Assembly: GCA_002269645.1 (NCBI GenBank)
Contig: NIVC01001781.1
Span: 1 to 64,000 of the forward strand
Origin: Macrostomum lignano
Taxonomy: Eukaryota
DNA length: 64,000 bases
Direction of reading: 5' to 3'
A program made the translations under genes and the position numbers. Positions 1-15,711 of this stretch are shown piece after piece. The notes under the pieces are model-generated. The model worked only from the letters and a program-made list of their open reading frames with translations, was not told the origin of the DNA and did no database searches. Numbering within the stretch: the first letter of the stretch is position 1; each line of letters opens with the position of its first letter.

Positions 1-166
1 TGTTCAGTTTTATGATGTCAACATTGCAGTCGGGAGCTCTCATCTCTGTCGGAATTGACACTGTGGCGGAGTTGGCGGCGAAGGCGAGCGTCCAGCAACA
101 TTTTCGGCCTCCTCGCTGACCACCTACGCTTATAAGAAGGCTCTAACGCCTTACCTATTCGAGCCG

Positions 167-3687
<3,521 letters not shown>

Positions 3688-5175
3688 GCTCTGTAGACGG
3701 GTTCGAGTTTTACAAGCTCGAAACATGAGCTCCAACATGAAAGGGGTGTGCAACAGTGGGTCTGGGATAGGATGTTTGAAGGGCGTTTCCAGTCAGCAGT
3801 TGCAGTCGTTTTGATCCCAAGCTTAAATTAAAATCCCCTATCGGGCTTGCGAAAGTGGCATGATATTTGTTTTAGTTATTAAATACGGGTTGCTAAATTT
3901 CAAACTCGTGAAACAAACACTGGACTCGAGCTGGCATTCGTAGAAAAAAGATTGTTCATGTTGATTTCATGGACTGTACTGGCAGGTACATGTGCTAGTA
4001 GGTGACTTTCAGGGTCAACAGCTAGTAGTGCGCTTTGAAATGGATTGACAAAATCTGGAGATTTTTAGTCCTGTAAAACTTAATTGCAGCCCTATAGAAG
4101 CTGGAAAAGATCATAACACTCAGACGAGAATATTGTTTGTCTGTCGTAATATTTTAGTAACATTTCTTATTTTATTTGCTATAGCTACTCAAGTTCAATT
4201 TGAACAGAAGTCTCTTGTATGTTTCTTTGAGTAGAAAATAGAGCTATAGAATATAACTTCTTTGAATGAAGGACTTCAGTGAAGTTCAGTAACAGTAAGA
4301 GTTCATTGAGGCCTTTATCATCATGTTTTACCAATTGATATTGTTCCTATGAGACTGCAGCTGCTGGTAATTCATCCGGTTTAAGTCCGCCTCGCTAAAT
4401 ACCCACATTATCTGGTTATTTCTGAAGGCGCCGTAATCACACAAAACACAAGAACTCGTCCTTACTTATTTAAACAAAATACGGCATCGAGTTACAACAA
4501 ATAATTTAAACAGTAAACTAATTTCAACACAAATACATGTATTATCCCATTTGTTTATAAGCTTAATGATCACAGTGTACTCGTAATGTTATACTTGCAT
4601 AAATACTACTATACTAACATTTTAACTAGCTATAGCATGTATGGTTGGACCAAGAGCTGCTTCAAGCGAATATTTATGTCTAAAAATTCGAAACTATGAT
4701 TTTTATTAAATTCTGCTTTCGCATGGATCAAAAATAGATTTGTTTAAAAGAACCAAAAAAATTTTCTCTTTTCAAGTGCTGATTTGGATACCATTTTGTT
4801 GCTAGCTACCACTACTTGTAGTAGTTCGTCTCAGTTAAACACGAGTTTTGTTTTAATAAAGTATAACTAAACAAATTTAAATAGCTACTGTTTCACACCA
4901 TCGTTCAAAAAGCTTCAATCTAGTGCCTTCTGAGTTTTAAATGTGACATTATAAGCCGAAATGAGCTTAGGAAGTTAATAATGATGTGTTCTTTAAAAAT
5001 ATTATATAGGTAAAATCAAACAACCCGTTCTCGTACACACATCGCGGAATTCCTGCTACAAACTGCTTTAATTATATATTATACAAAGTATAGGGACGCA
5101 AAGATTATGGTAGGCGTCTTGCGCGCACGCGCTCGCAGAAGAGACGAGAAAGACAGTTTTTGACAGATTGTGGGG

Positions 5176-7935
5176 TCAGGCTTGTAGGTCAGACTCTAGC
5201 GTGGCGGTCAGCGTGGTGGTCCGGCCTTGGCCCCGTCGGAGACGCTCGGTTGGCTGATGCAGCAGGGTGAGCGCCAGCGGGTTTTGCTCCCCTCTGCCAT
5301 AGCTGAGGAAGCAGTGGCCGACGAGCATTAGCCGGCGCCGCTGGAGGGTGGCACTGAGCTGAGGCACGCGGGCTCTCGCCATCAGCAGGTCCGTCGGCAG
5401 CCGCTCGGGGTAATGGATGCCAAGGGCGAACCGCAGCAGCGATCGGTAGGCAGCGTCCAGGGCTCGAGACCTCGAGTCGGTCATTGGCACTGCCTCCAGT
5501 CCGTACAGGAAGATTGGCTCTACGGCAGCGCGGAACAGGCGCATCTTCAGGTCGTCGTTGGCAGCTGAGCTGAAGACCTCCCTGAGGAGATGAGCCGCAC
5601 GCCAGGCCTGTGACCTCCGGTCAGCGATGATGGAGTCAGGGCTCATCACGAGGGAGCACAGGTACCGGAAGTCTCTGCAGACTGAAATATGACTTGCCCA
5701 TCTGGTAGGGTCAGGATTGGTGCTGCATCGGTGCCCACGTGCAGCACCGTGCGTTGATTTGGAGTCGGACTCGGGCGCTCTCCTCATAGAGTCTCGAGAG
5801 CGCTCTCTGGGCGGCAGTCGGACTGCGGCACAGCAGGGCGATGTCGTCGGCGTACGCGAGGGCGGGCAAAGGGGCAGCACCGCGGCGGGAGCTCCGGCGT
5901 GACGCCAGCAGGTAACTGTCCTCTGTGAGGCTTCGGCGCAGCACGTAGTCGACGACAAGGATGAAGAGCAGAGGGGCCAACGTGTCACCATGGAGGACTC
6001 CGGAGCTGGTGCAGAAGTCCTCAGTTGGACCATCGCTGGTTTAGACAAAGGCTTTGCTGTTGTTGTAGAGGTCCATCACTGCAGAGATAAGAGCCGGGGG
6101 GGACACGCCATAGTGCTCGAGCAGCCACGCGATCGCGCGCCGGCACACTGAGTAAAAAGCTTTGCGGAAGTCCACAAAGACAATTGACGCAGCTCTTTGG
6201 TGAGTTTTACAGGCCTCGACGACTGCTCGAAGGGCTGCAATCTGCTCTGTTGTCGAGCGGCCGGGCCTGAAGCCACTTTGGAGGCTCAGGATCATTTGTT
6301 TGAGGCCAGACAGCAGCCGATTACGCAGTATAGCATTGAGCAGCTTAGCCAGAGTGCATTCCAGAGCAACGTCGCGTTGGTTGTCCAGACTGGTGGATGC
6401 GCCCTTCTTGGGGATGGAGACGATCTTAAAGGTGCGCCAGTTGTCAGCAGCAGTAGCATCTGGGTTGCCTCCAAGCGGACAGTGCTTGTTGAGCACAGTC
6501 GTGATGTCCTGTGTCAGCTCCGGCAGCTTGAGCACCCTGGGTGGAATGCCATCTACTCCGGCGGCAGCGTCGGGGCGCATGGTCTTGAGCACTCGGTTCA
6601 CCAAGTAGGCAGTCAGCGGGCCGGAGTTGAAAGTCGAGGGCTCAGCCGGGGTAAAGTTTTCGATCGGCAGCAAAGCAGCAGAGAGCGGTGGAGCGTTGAG
6701 CTCATTGTGGTAGTGAGTGGCCAGCAGGGCTTTGCGATTGTGTATGGACTCAGCACCTACAGCGGCATTGGCCCTCTGCTTCCTGCCAGTCAGGCGGTTG
6801 ATGGCGCGCCAGGCCGCTGTGTGCCGGCAGTTGTCTGTCGCTAGTTGAATTTCAGCAACAGCCTCCTGGACAAAGGCTTCGGTCCTCCGGGCATGCGTGT
6901 CGCGTAGTTGGGCCCGGGCTGTTTCAGCCTGCTCACTGTCTTGGCCAAAGACTGCGGTTGTTCTTTGCACGTCGCGCCTAGCGATGGAGATCTCCTCGTC
7001 GGAGTCCCAGGCGGCTTTTGGCTGGTGCGGTGTTCGTTTTGGTAGGATCGAGGCAGCTTTCTCAACAGCTCTGGTGAAGGCGTCCGCCGATTCATTCAGG
7101 GCCGGAGTAGCATTTTGCAGTTTTTCAATGAACGCACTGTGCGTGTCTGGGTTTCTCAGATCTGCTCAGAGGGGGGTGCGGTGGGCCAGCCTTGAACTTT
7201 TTCCATCGGCAGTCGATGTCGCAGGCCAGCAGAGAATGGTCGGACCTCACGCATCTGGGGCGGATTTGACCACTTTGCGCAGTCGAGAACTGATGGCCGA
7301 AGGGCACAAAATCCAGTCCAGCCTGGTGGTCCGTCCATTTGGGCCGAAGAAGGTGGGCAGCTTGTTGTACCGCTGCCGCATGACACCATTGGCTGCAATC
7401 AGGTCTTGAGAGTGAATGAAAGTTGACAGGAAGTCCGAGTTGGTGTTGGTGGAGCCGCAGTTTTTCTTCACCAGGCGGCCATCAGGGGACAGTGGCGCGT
7501 TGAAGTCTCCAGCCACAAAAAGCAGGTCGCGACCAGGGACCGAGTCGATGAGCAATCCCAGGTGGTCATACATTGACTCAGTCTCGGTAGGGTCAGTAGC
7601 TGTGCGTGGGGCTGTGGGGGCGTAGACGCAGATTACATGAAGGCGCCTGTCCTTCTTGGCAAAAGAGGTAATGTCAAGGCGGTCGGTTGGGAAGCTGGCA
7701 TTCAGAAGGGCCCTTGAGGCACTAGGTGACAGCAGAAACCCGATGCCTCCAGAGCCCTGGGCTGAGGCTGGGGCGGCTCGGAACTGCCAGCCAAGGCCTG
7801 GATCAGCGCACTCTTCGGTGCTCCTGCGGTGTTCTTGGACAGCCAGAATGGAGATGTTCATGCTCTTTGCCAGCTTGGTTAGCTCGTGCAGTCTCCAGGG
7901 GGCAGTGAGCGTTCGTGCGTTGAAGGTAGCAAGTC
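5176..7935 (-). mobile_element. Decayed non-LTR retrotransposon (RTE-like), AP endonuclease + reverse transcriptase
   Basis: APE motifs LATFNARTL, ILAVQEHR, VAGDFNA, RLDWIL. RT motifs IVSIPKKG, QSGFRPGRST, FVDFRKAF, GVLHGDTLAPLLF, LAYADDIAL, FRYLCS. In-frame TAA at 6041 and several frameshifts. Confidence 0.92.
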
Positions 7936-8598
7936 TTGTGCAGTTATCAAGCTGGTTTTGACTTTCTTTGGTTGTCTCAATTGTTCTGCTAGCTGGTGCA
8001 GTTCTTTAATTAAGTCTATTTAAATTACGATTTTGAAAAAATTTAGAAAAGCTGGAGTTCTAAAATTCAACTTAATTAGCCATACCCATACGGCAATTCT
8101 ACGCAGATGATAAATAAGAGTACATGCAAGTCAGAGTTGGTACAAGGACTACACTACATAAATACGTTACTTTAGTCGTCCTTGAGTTGGTATAGACTCC
8201 TGGTTCTATTCTGTGATTCTGTGGTCGCAGTCATTTGGTCTTGTGCGTGCACGAAAATTGGTGAGCGCGATTCACACCCGTACCGGTACGCCAAGCGCAC
8301 TCCTAGGCTGATTTCTCTCTGGGGTTTACGAGATTAAAAACCTGTGAATAATCAGTTTAAGCTGTGATCGGATATCACCTACGTCTACATGAACACTGTC
8401 AAAGTTTTTAAAGCCGCGCATTCTCGTCTGCAAGTCTGTTGACAAGATTTTAAAGTCCTCTGATTTTCAGTACACCGAAATCTATGCAGTATACGTACAA
8501 TTGTACATGTTGTTACGCAATACGTTGCCTATAAATAACTGAAAGTTTAAATATCAACTACACTGGACTTCGTGCACTTGGCTTACTAATACATAAAC

Positions 8599-9890
8599 AT
8601 GTCTGTTGCGTATTCCGACATAAAACTCTATTTGCTTAGTGGCGCATACGACGTCCCTGTGTCTTTAACAACAACTAAGGAGAAGAATAATTTCAAAAGC
8701 AAGGTTCGGCAAAAGGCGCGCAACTTCAAGTACGAGGGCCAGCAGCTGTTCTATCAGCTCTCAGCTCGGGATGATAATCAGAAGAAGCGCCATCGGTCAA
8801 GGGAGCGTCGCCTGGAGGTTGAAGAACAAGAAGAACGGAGTCGATTAATTCAAGAGTATCACACCTCTGCGACTGGAGGAGCTCATCAGGGGATAAAGTC
8901 CACCCTATCGAAGCTGCAGGGACGATTTCATTGGGACGGCATGACGAAATCTGTGCAAGATTACGTTCAGAAGTGCGCGTCTGCCAGCGCAACAACAAGA
9001 GGGCCGTGGCGAACGAACCCCAGTTGACGCCAATTTTGATTCCTTCGATGGCCGAACGAGTATTCGGTTTTGTCTGCGTTGACTACGTCAGGTTCGAGCC
9101 ATCTTCGAAAGGTGATTGTTTAATCGATTAATAGCTTTTGTGGCTACGTGTATCAAATCTAAGTAGCATACTCTCATTCATTTTAATTCATTTTTATTGA
9201 CAAGAGACGAACCTCTGCTTATCACCCCCAGGTTAGTAAAGTTAATATTTTTTTGCCTTCCATGCTCTCAGTAATAAGTCTTAATTCGAATAAGTTCATA
9301 TTCGATATTAAAGAACTGACAATGCTCTTTCAGACCAACGGTCAGTGCGAGCGCCTCAAACAGAGCTTAGTCGCAGCTCTGCGCAAAATGTGCGACCAGG
9401 ACTCTGACTCTGCGGCATGGGATGATTATGTCGATGGCGCAGTTCTGGCGTACAACAGTCGCGTGCACTCGACAACTGGGTCTCGCCTTACAAGGCCGTG
9501 TTCGGCAACGAACCACGACTTCCCCATGACAGCATCGGACCAGCAGACGCTGCCATGGTCGGTGACGTCACGATTCGTCATGTAGAGAGAAAGTCCGAAG
9601 CACGTGGGCGGACCATTGAGTTGATGCGTCGACGCATCCGTCGGGCGCAGCAAGCTATGCAGCAGTACCATCAGCAGCGTCTGGCGTCTGCCAGCAGCCT
9701 CAGCTTCAAAGTCGGAGACAAGGTGCTGCTGCGGAACTTCGACCGTGACGATCGGAAAGGCGGCAAATTGAAGACACCATGGTGCGCCAAGGTTTACACG
9801 GTCGAACGTGTCCTAAGCAACAACCTGTACCGACTCGAGGGGAGATCTACAGCGATCAATGGCCGCCACCTGAAAAAATACCACGAATAG
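8599..9890 (+). mobile_element. Ginger/GIN-type (Gypsy-integrase-related) transposase with spliceosomal intron(s), internally deleted
   Basis: GIN1-like N-terminus, H2C2 zinc finger (EYH...AHQG...KC..C), first Asp (VCVDYV), RTSAYHPQ|TNGQCER split by a GT-AG intron 9232-9333, WDDYVDGAVLAYNS, C-terminal FKVGDKVLLRN...KLKTPW module. No RT or gag nearby. Confidence 0.82.
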
Positions 9891-11185
9891 GTGATTTACA
9901 GAATTTGAATTTCTAATATTTGAAAGTAGCTTTAGGCTCCTAAATAAAATAATCGTTGCACAAGATCAAAATGCTTGATATGAACGAAAAACTAAAAAGT
10001 TTCTAACTTGACTCAGTAGAAACTTTGAGCTTTAAAGCAATGTACACTTAATGGAAGATCTAGAAAGTAGGACTTAAACGATAAGAAAGTTTGATAATTC
10101 AACATATGCTCGTAATTTCTTTGCGCATATTTGAAAATGTGCAGGATTTGTGCAGGACTGTCTAAATTAGCAATTTACGGATAAATTATTTTTCATAATT
10201 CATAACCTTTCATATTTCATAGCCTTACAATACGAGCGTATTATAAAGTTTTATAATTTACATAATTTATTTAGTTTTGGATTGCTCTTGTCTTTTTTGT
10301 AGCAATATGCACTTTACAGTAATAATTTATTGTCTACTTGCAAAGTTGTCGGAATATTTTAAGACGAATAAAATAAGGCATACGATAGTTTCTGCTCAGG
10401 GAGTGAGAGAATTCAAGATGGCCGAATGAGTTTGGATAAATGAAAAGTATTTGGCCAAATACGTTTGTCGTCTTATTTCATTCAGCCGAATAAAACAACG
10501 CAGAATTTTTTTAAGACGTGACACCTGTCGGTATAGGAGTGCAAAAGCGATTATCTCACCGAAAGCGTTACAGCGTTTTTGATATTTATTTTTCCACATC
10601 TTGTGCATTAATTGGACTGTAGGAATTTCTTATGATATTTGTCGATATGATTGCTTAAATGCAGACAGTATTTTATCTCGTAATCACAACGCTCCAACGC
10701 TATAATTTCATTGTCAATCAATGAGCCTTCAGGCCTGCCTGTCAATTTAAGTAGTTAGCAGACAAAAAAATGAAGGAAACCCAAGCCCAGCCCCTGAAGG
10801 CGCCCCATGGTTGGGTGTTGACGCCGAAAAATTGCAGATATTCTAGCTCTGAAGGGTTTCAGCATCTTCCGCATTTCTCGTTAAAGAGCTGTGCTAGCTA
10901 CTTTTTAAGAGTGGCACATTTTGAGTCATTTTCCTCGCAGCGATACTTTTCTCAACCATGCAAGCCAATCTTGAATGCGAGATGTGTGAAGTCAACCAGC
11001 CAGCCTCGCCAACACCACCTAGGAGCAGAAATATAACCAGAATCTTAAGTGGAACGGTAGCAGGTGTCAGCGACACACGGCCAATAAGAAATTCTCTGGT
11101 GTGAGAGAAGTTTGTGATAAATACGAGTATAAGGCTCAGAGAGGCGCAAGTCCCAACAATATATTCCATATCACGACAATCCAAA

Positions 11186-12151
11186 ATGATAGCTCTACTA
11201 CTGCTCGCATCGCTTCTGAGCAGCCCTTGCTCAGCCTCCGGCCAGACGCAGCAGTGCACAGGCGGTCTCCGTCGCTACCAAAACTACAGCCTGCAGCCGG
11301 ACTGCAGCGACTCCAACAGCACAGCTGATGAAGCAGGCGACTCTGTCACGGTGGCCACCTCAAGCCCACTCACCTGTGCACTCATTGCCAGCCAGAATGC
11401 CGCTGCTCCAGCTGCACTCGTCATGATGAGCTCTCTGACCCACAACTCCATCAGCGAGTGCCGCATCGTCTCTGCTTCGTGCCAGCGCTTCAAGCTGATC
11501 AACAAGTCGGAATCAGCTCGGCGACCGACTCCCGTGCTTGTTCTGGTGAGGTCAGCTGACTCGAAGGCGTTCCTTGTGTTCTCAATCAAGGCCGGCAGCG
11601 GAGTGAAGTCATGGCAGCTGTTCACAGGCGGCGTCGCGGCGTCCAGCAGCGAGCGGCTGCTGCTGCAGTCGATGGATTCCCCTCTGCTGCCGGACAGGTT
11701 CAGGTCCGACCTGCTGGACAGGATGCCGAGTCTGCTGCGAGCCCTGGCCTTCAAGCAGCTCATTGTGTGCTTGTACAGGCCTGGCGGGGAGCTGGCGGTG
11801 AAGCTGGTGTTCGACGTGTCCGGTCTGGGCGACTCCATCGACAGGGAGAACTGGTTCCACTGGCGCCACCTCGTCTACAGCTGGCCCGTGCCCGACCTGA
11901 GCAACCGGTCGTTTGATATATTCAGCATTAAAGGTCATGACGGTTACGAGCGGAGATTTTTCTTGAGTTACCGCTTCCAATCCTGTGAAACAGAGACCGG
12001 ATTCCTGCTCGTATTCGACAGAAGTTCCTCAGGATGCCCTTGGCTTTACTCGATCAGACCGGAGCCCCGGATTGTCTACAATCCGTCAGACAGCGGCTTG
12101 TGGAACGAAGGTGCTACGGATGCCGAATACTTAGCCATCTGGGCTAGATGA
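11186..12151 (+). CDS. Single-exon secreted protein: signal peptide, Cys-containing N-terminal module, uncharacterised Trp/Cys C-terminal domain
   Basis: ATG 11186 MIALLLLASLLSSPCSASG. GC-rich uninterrupted 321-codon ORF. C-terminal pattern LVFD...NWF...FSIKGH...RRFFLSYRFQSC..ETGFLLV.D...CPW...AEYLAIW. Confidence 0.8.
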   Translation: MIALLLLASLLSSPCSASGQTQQCTGGLRRYQNYSLQPDCSDSNSTADEAGDSVTVATSSPLTCALIASQNAAAPAALVMMSSLTHNSISECRIVSASCQRFKLINKSESARRPTPVLVLVRSADSKAFLVFSIKAGSGVKSWQLFTGGVAASSSERLLLQSMDSPLLPDRFRSDLLDRMPSLLRALAFKQLIVCLYRPGGELAVKLVFDVSGLGDSIDRENWFHWRHLVYSWPVPDLSNRSFDIFSIKGHDGYERRFFLSYRFQSCETETGFLLVFDRSSSGCPWLYSIRPEPRIVYNPSDSGLWNEGATDAEYLAIWAR

Positions 12152-13709
12152 AAACTTATAAATCAATCGAGGCTGTTTGCGTTTTTTGTGGTAGATCGCT
12201 ATGCAGGGACTTCTAAATTGAACCGAATAGAGTCTTACTGAACATTTTACACACTATAACTTAATCTACGAAAAGTCAACGTAGCAAGCAAAGACGCAAA
12301 CTTTTCAATAATATGTCCTTTTTATAAATAGTCTACGGACGTCGATGACAAGATATGTACTTTAACATTGCACCGACGAGATCAGCCGATGTATGACGTC
12401 GTTATCCGTTGATGTAATGTACAAAGCACATGCATTTTTGTCCTCGACGTCAGATTGCTGTACGTGTTTGAGTAAACAGGCTGCATAAAGGAAGACAATT
12501 CTATAAAGTGTTAGGTTAGCCTGTGTGACGTATTAATGTGGCGGCCTCGAGAATAATCAGCAAAGGCAAATGAATACGGCAGAGGCAATTTTGTAGCGGT
12601 AGCACTTAATTGGCAATAATATCAGTTAATGCGATCAATGGCCGCAGACTTGGTTTTTTGGAACAGTTGTTATTGTCAACAGAGACAGGTCAAAATACAA
12701 GTTGGATTCGTAACGATGCACTGGCGGCTACACAACAATGAATAGATAGCTTAGGTAGTAGAAGTGGCGTGACTGAGAGTGGCAGAGGCGTGGCCTAGGG
12801 CCGTGGCGTAGTAAGGCAGGAAGAGAAGGCAACCAAACAATTAAGAGTGCCGGGCGGCAAGGGTTTACCGGCGGGGACGTAAAGCCAGGATCCAAGAAAA
12901 CCCCGAGCGCACGGCCAGACAGAACTGATAAGGAGCGGGCTGGGGGTGGGTGCGCGAGGAGAACTTAGTATAATTAATGCGCGGCTTTTCCATTGGCCGG
13001 CTGGGAAAAACAGAAAACAGAAATTATCGATCGCGCGCTGTACGCAGGCTTTAAAAATGTACGCAGCTGATTAAAATTCTTTGGGCACTACTTTAAGCAG
13101 ACGTGAGAGAACGAAACTAATAATATTGTAGATTGGTACCGTATGTCAAAACGGCTCTTGGCGGGGCTACTTAAACTGACAACGTCACACCTGGATCGAT
13201 ACCCAATTTAACTGATAAACGATCGTGAAGTGCTGCTAATTGTTTTTGTACTGAATGTAATTGCATGCATATATAGACGTTTTTCTTAGAGCCTGTGCAA
13301 ACACACTTCACCCCGATAATTTACAATGAAAACGGAACGAGATCGAGCTAGCTAGATACGGCGCGGGAACCTGGGAATTATAATTGCGATCTTTATCGAC
13401 TAGATGAATTATACGCAGCAAAGTGATAGTGCATGCATTGGCCTGCTTGAAAAATTTGGGATAAATAGAGAAATTTTTATAAAAGAAAAGAAAATACATC
13501 ACCCCACTTTGCATGTATGCTCCGCAGCGTTCAGCACATGGAGTTTTGCCTTCAGATATACATGTACATCCCGGATATTGCATGCAGTTTTACATTTACA
13601 TGCAACCGAACACTGCATTTTTATAATTCCATGTTCATGTACAATTTAGGGGTCGGCAAACTTTTTTTACGGTAATCACCGAGTAATCTATAGCTACAGG
13701 CCAGAGTTA

Positions 13710-13951
13710 AGTGAAATACAATGGTTTTTCTCGGGGTGGCCTGGTAGGTCTTTGAATCCCACCGCTGCCACCAGTGAAATACAATGGTTTTTCTCGGGGT
13801 GGCCTGGTAGGTCTTTGAATCCCACCGCTGCCACCAGTGAAGTACAGTGGGGTTTCTTCCCGGTTTAGGCCCCTGCGGATTACCTTAAGTCTCGAGCCTC
13901 TTCAGAGGGAAGTTCTCTCAAATCTCAGTAGCGTAGGTAATGCTGCCACCA
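13710..13951 (-). promoter_or_regulatory. Multiplied tRNA-Leu primer-binding site (two full copies, one partial)
   Basis: Plus-strand GAATCCCACCGCTGCCACCA at 13754-13773 and 13817-13836 equals the 3' end of tRNA-Leu including CCA, in a 63-bp tandem unit. GCTGCCACCA also at 13942-13951. Confidence 0.85.
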
Positions 13952-14500
13952 GTTCCTTCAGGTCTCGGCCTTCGGTGAGGTGAGCTTCCCGTCGGAACGA
14001 AATAAACAAGTCAACGAACTCAGCACAGCGTGCAGATTTGCAGATTAATGAACAAGGCGTCCTGATCAGCAGATCCCCGCCGGGCTCAGGGGTGACTGGG
14101 AAGGCAGTGTTAGCCTCCCTTAGGCTTGGGCTTTAGTGGGGTCTCAGTCAGACCAGTACAAACGGATTCAGTACGCAAAGGGCACTTAGTTAGACACTGA
14201 CGCACACGGGATCTTAGTGAATTCTCCGCAGATAAGAAGCCAACTCCTTGACGGAAACAAGGGGAGAGGGGTCCTATTTATTAGCGGGAAACACCCACGC
14301 ACAAGACCTCGTGACTTGTTCTATTTTTAGAACTGACGTCACTTGAGATCTCGAGGCAGGGTCTCAGTGCGCGCAAGACCTCGTGACTCGTTCTATTTTT
14401 AGAACTGACGTCACTTGAGGTCTCCGGCCAGAGTACACGCGGCTGTGACTCAGTTGCTATTTTTAGCAACATGAGTCACTCCTCTCCTTAGAGAAGGGAG
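13838..14500 (-). mobile_element. LTR (3' portion) of an LTR retroelement; internal region absent; 5' LTR boundary unresolved (up to ~15160)
   Basis: On the minus strand: duplicated enhancer-like block (14302-14347, 14374-14419) with TGACGTCA, AT-rich TATA-like box ~14275-14283, end ...TGTACTTCA, then the PBS. Confidence 0.65.
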
Positions 14501-15711
14501 GGGTCCGAAAGCACGTGATTCTCCCGGTAAACAGGGCCAACGAGTGCAGTAAACATGTTTACTGCACTTTAGGACTCGAAGAACGCAGAGTCTGTCATGT
14601 GACTTGCTCACATGACAGAGGAAAACGGGACGGGAACGAAACAGAGACAGCCCACAGCAGAGAAGCTGAGGGCTGAGAACAGAGACGCCGAAGGGCAGAA
14701 CAGGCCAAGGGCAGCAACAGACGGGCCAAGGGGGGCGGGAAGCTGACCAGCGGCAGACAGCAACCCAGGGCGAGGGCGAGGGAGACTGCTGACAAAGTGG
14801 GACGCCTAACATCAACTAGCGGATCACTACATAAGAGAGAGAAGATCAGGCTATGCAGAAAAAGAGAAGAGGGATAGCAAGGGAGCAAGGAGTGGAAAGG
14901 GAGTAAAGAACTGAGGAGAGACAAAATTCGAAGATGAGAGACAAGAGGATCGATGAGAGAAGAGGAGAAGAGAGCTGGGAGAGAGGGAGATCGGAGCTGA
15001 GATGGGGGGATCGAGAAGAGATACGAGAGGATCGGGGATCGATAAAAAGAAGAGGAGTATAGAAGGGAGAGAAGATCAGAGAGAAAGAGGAGAGAGAAGA
15101 TATTAGAGAGAAAAGCTGCAAAGACACAAGCCTTCAGCTGGCCGCATTGCAATTGTGAAGTACATGTATATGAAGTTTCAAAACGACTAATACAGTATAT
15201 ATATAGGGCCGCGTGTAAAGATCGAAGCTAAGCGGGCCACCCGTGGCCCGCCGGCAGGATTTTGCCAACACTGGTTACATAGTAACTTGAATTCGATGCA
15301 CATGTAACTGCAGTACATGTACAATTACTTGCATGACTTATAGCTGCAGGGGGTCCAGGCATCCGGATGCAGCGAGGAGGCATTGCTGTCCAGTTTGCTA
15401 ATCCCAGGCGACATGCCTTAGTGAAATTATTTGTTCAGTTTTTTAGTTTTACCTAGCAACTGCTATATTTTATAATTTCTGTTTAAGATTATGTACCTTT
15501 GTTTTTACTGTTTCGTATTGCGCAAATTTAAAACGGTATTCTGTTTGTTAAAAATCGCCGCATGGCCATGGTTAGCCTGCTTTATGCATGCATAAAGGAT
15601 ATCTCCTGCTTTTACAGTCGCAGAACAAGTCTAGTAGATTCTTCTACTATAATACAATAGTTTAACACTAAGTTGATCTATTCTGCAGAATACTCATTTC
15701 AAGAATATGCC

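Larger units (their letters stand above)
13647..15273. mobile_element. hAT-like MITE ends bracketing a nested LTR-like insert
   Basis: Left end TAGGGGTCGGCAAACTTTT and right end GCGGGCCACCCGTGGCCCGCC...TTTGCCAACACTG form an imperfect TIR. No clean TSD seen. Confidence 0.5.

Noticed and set aside
8340-10620. Terminal inverted repeats for the Ginger element
   Set aside because: Candidate TGT/ACA pairs matched 8 bp or less and had no TSD.
13754-13836. tRNA-Leu genes
   Set aside because: Only the 3' 20-23 nt including CCA are present; there is no D or anticodon arm.
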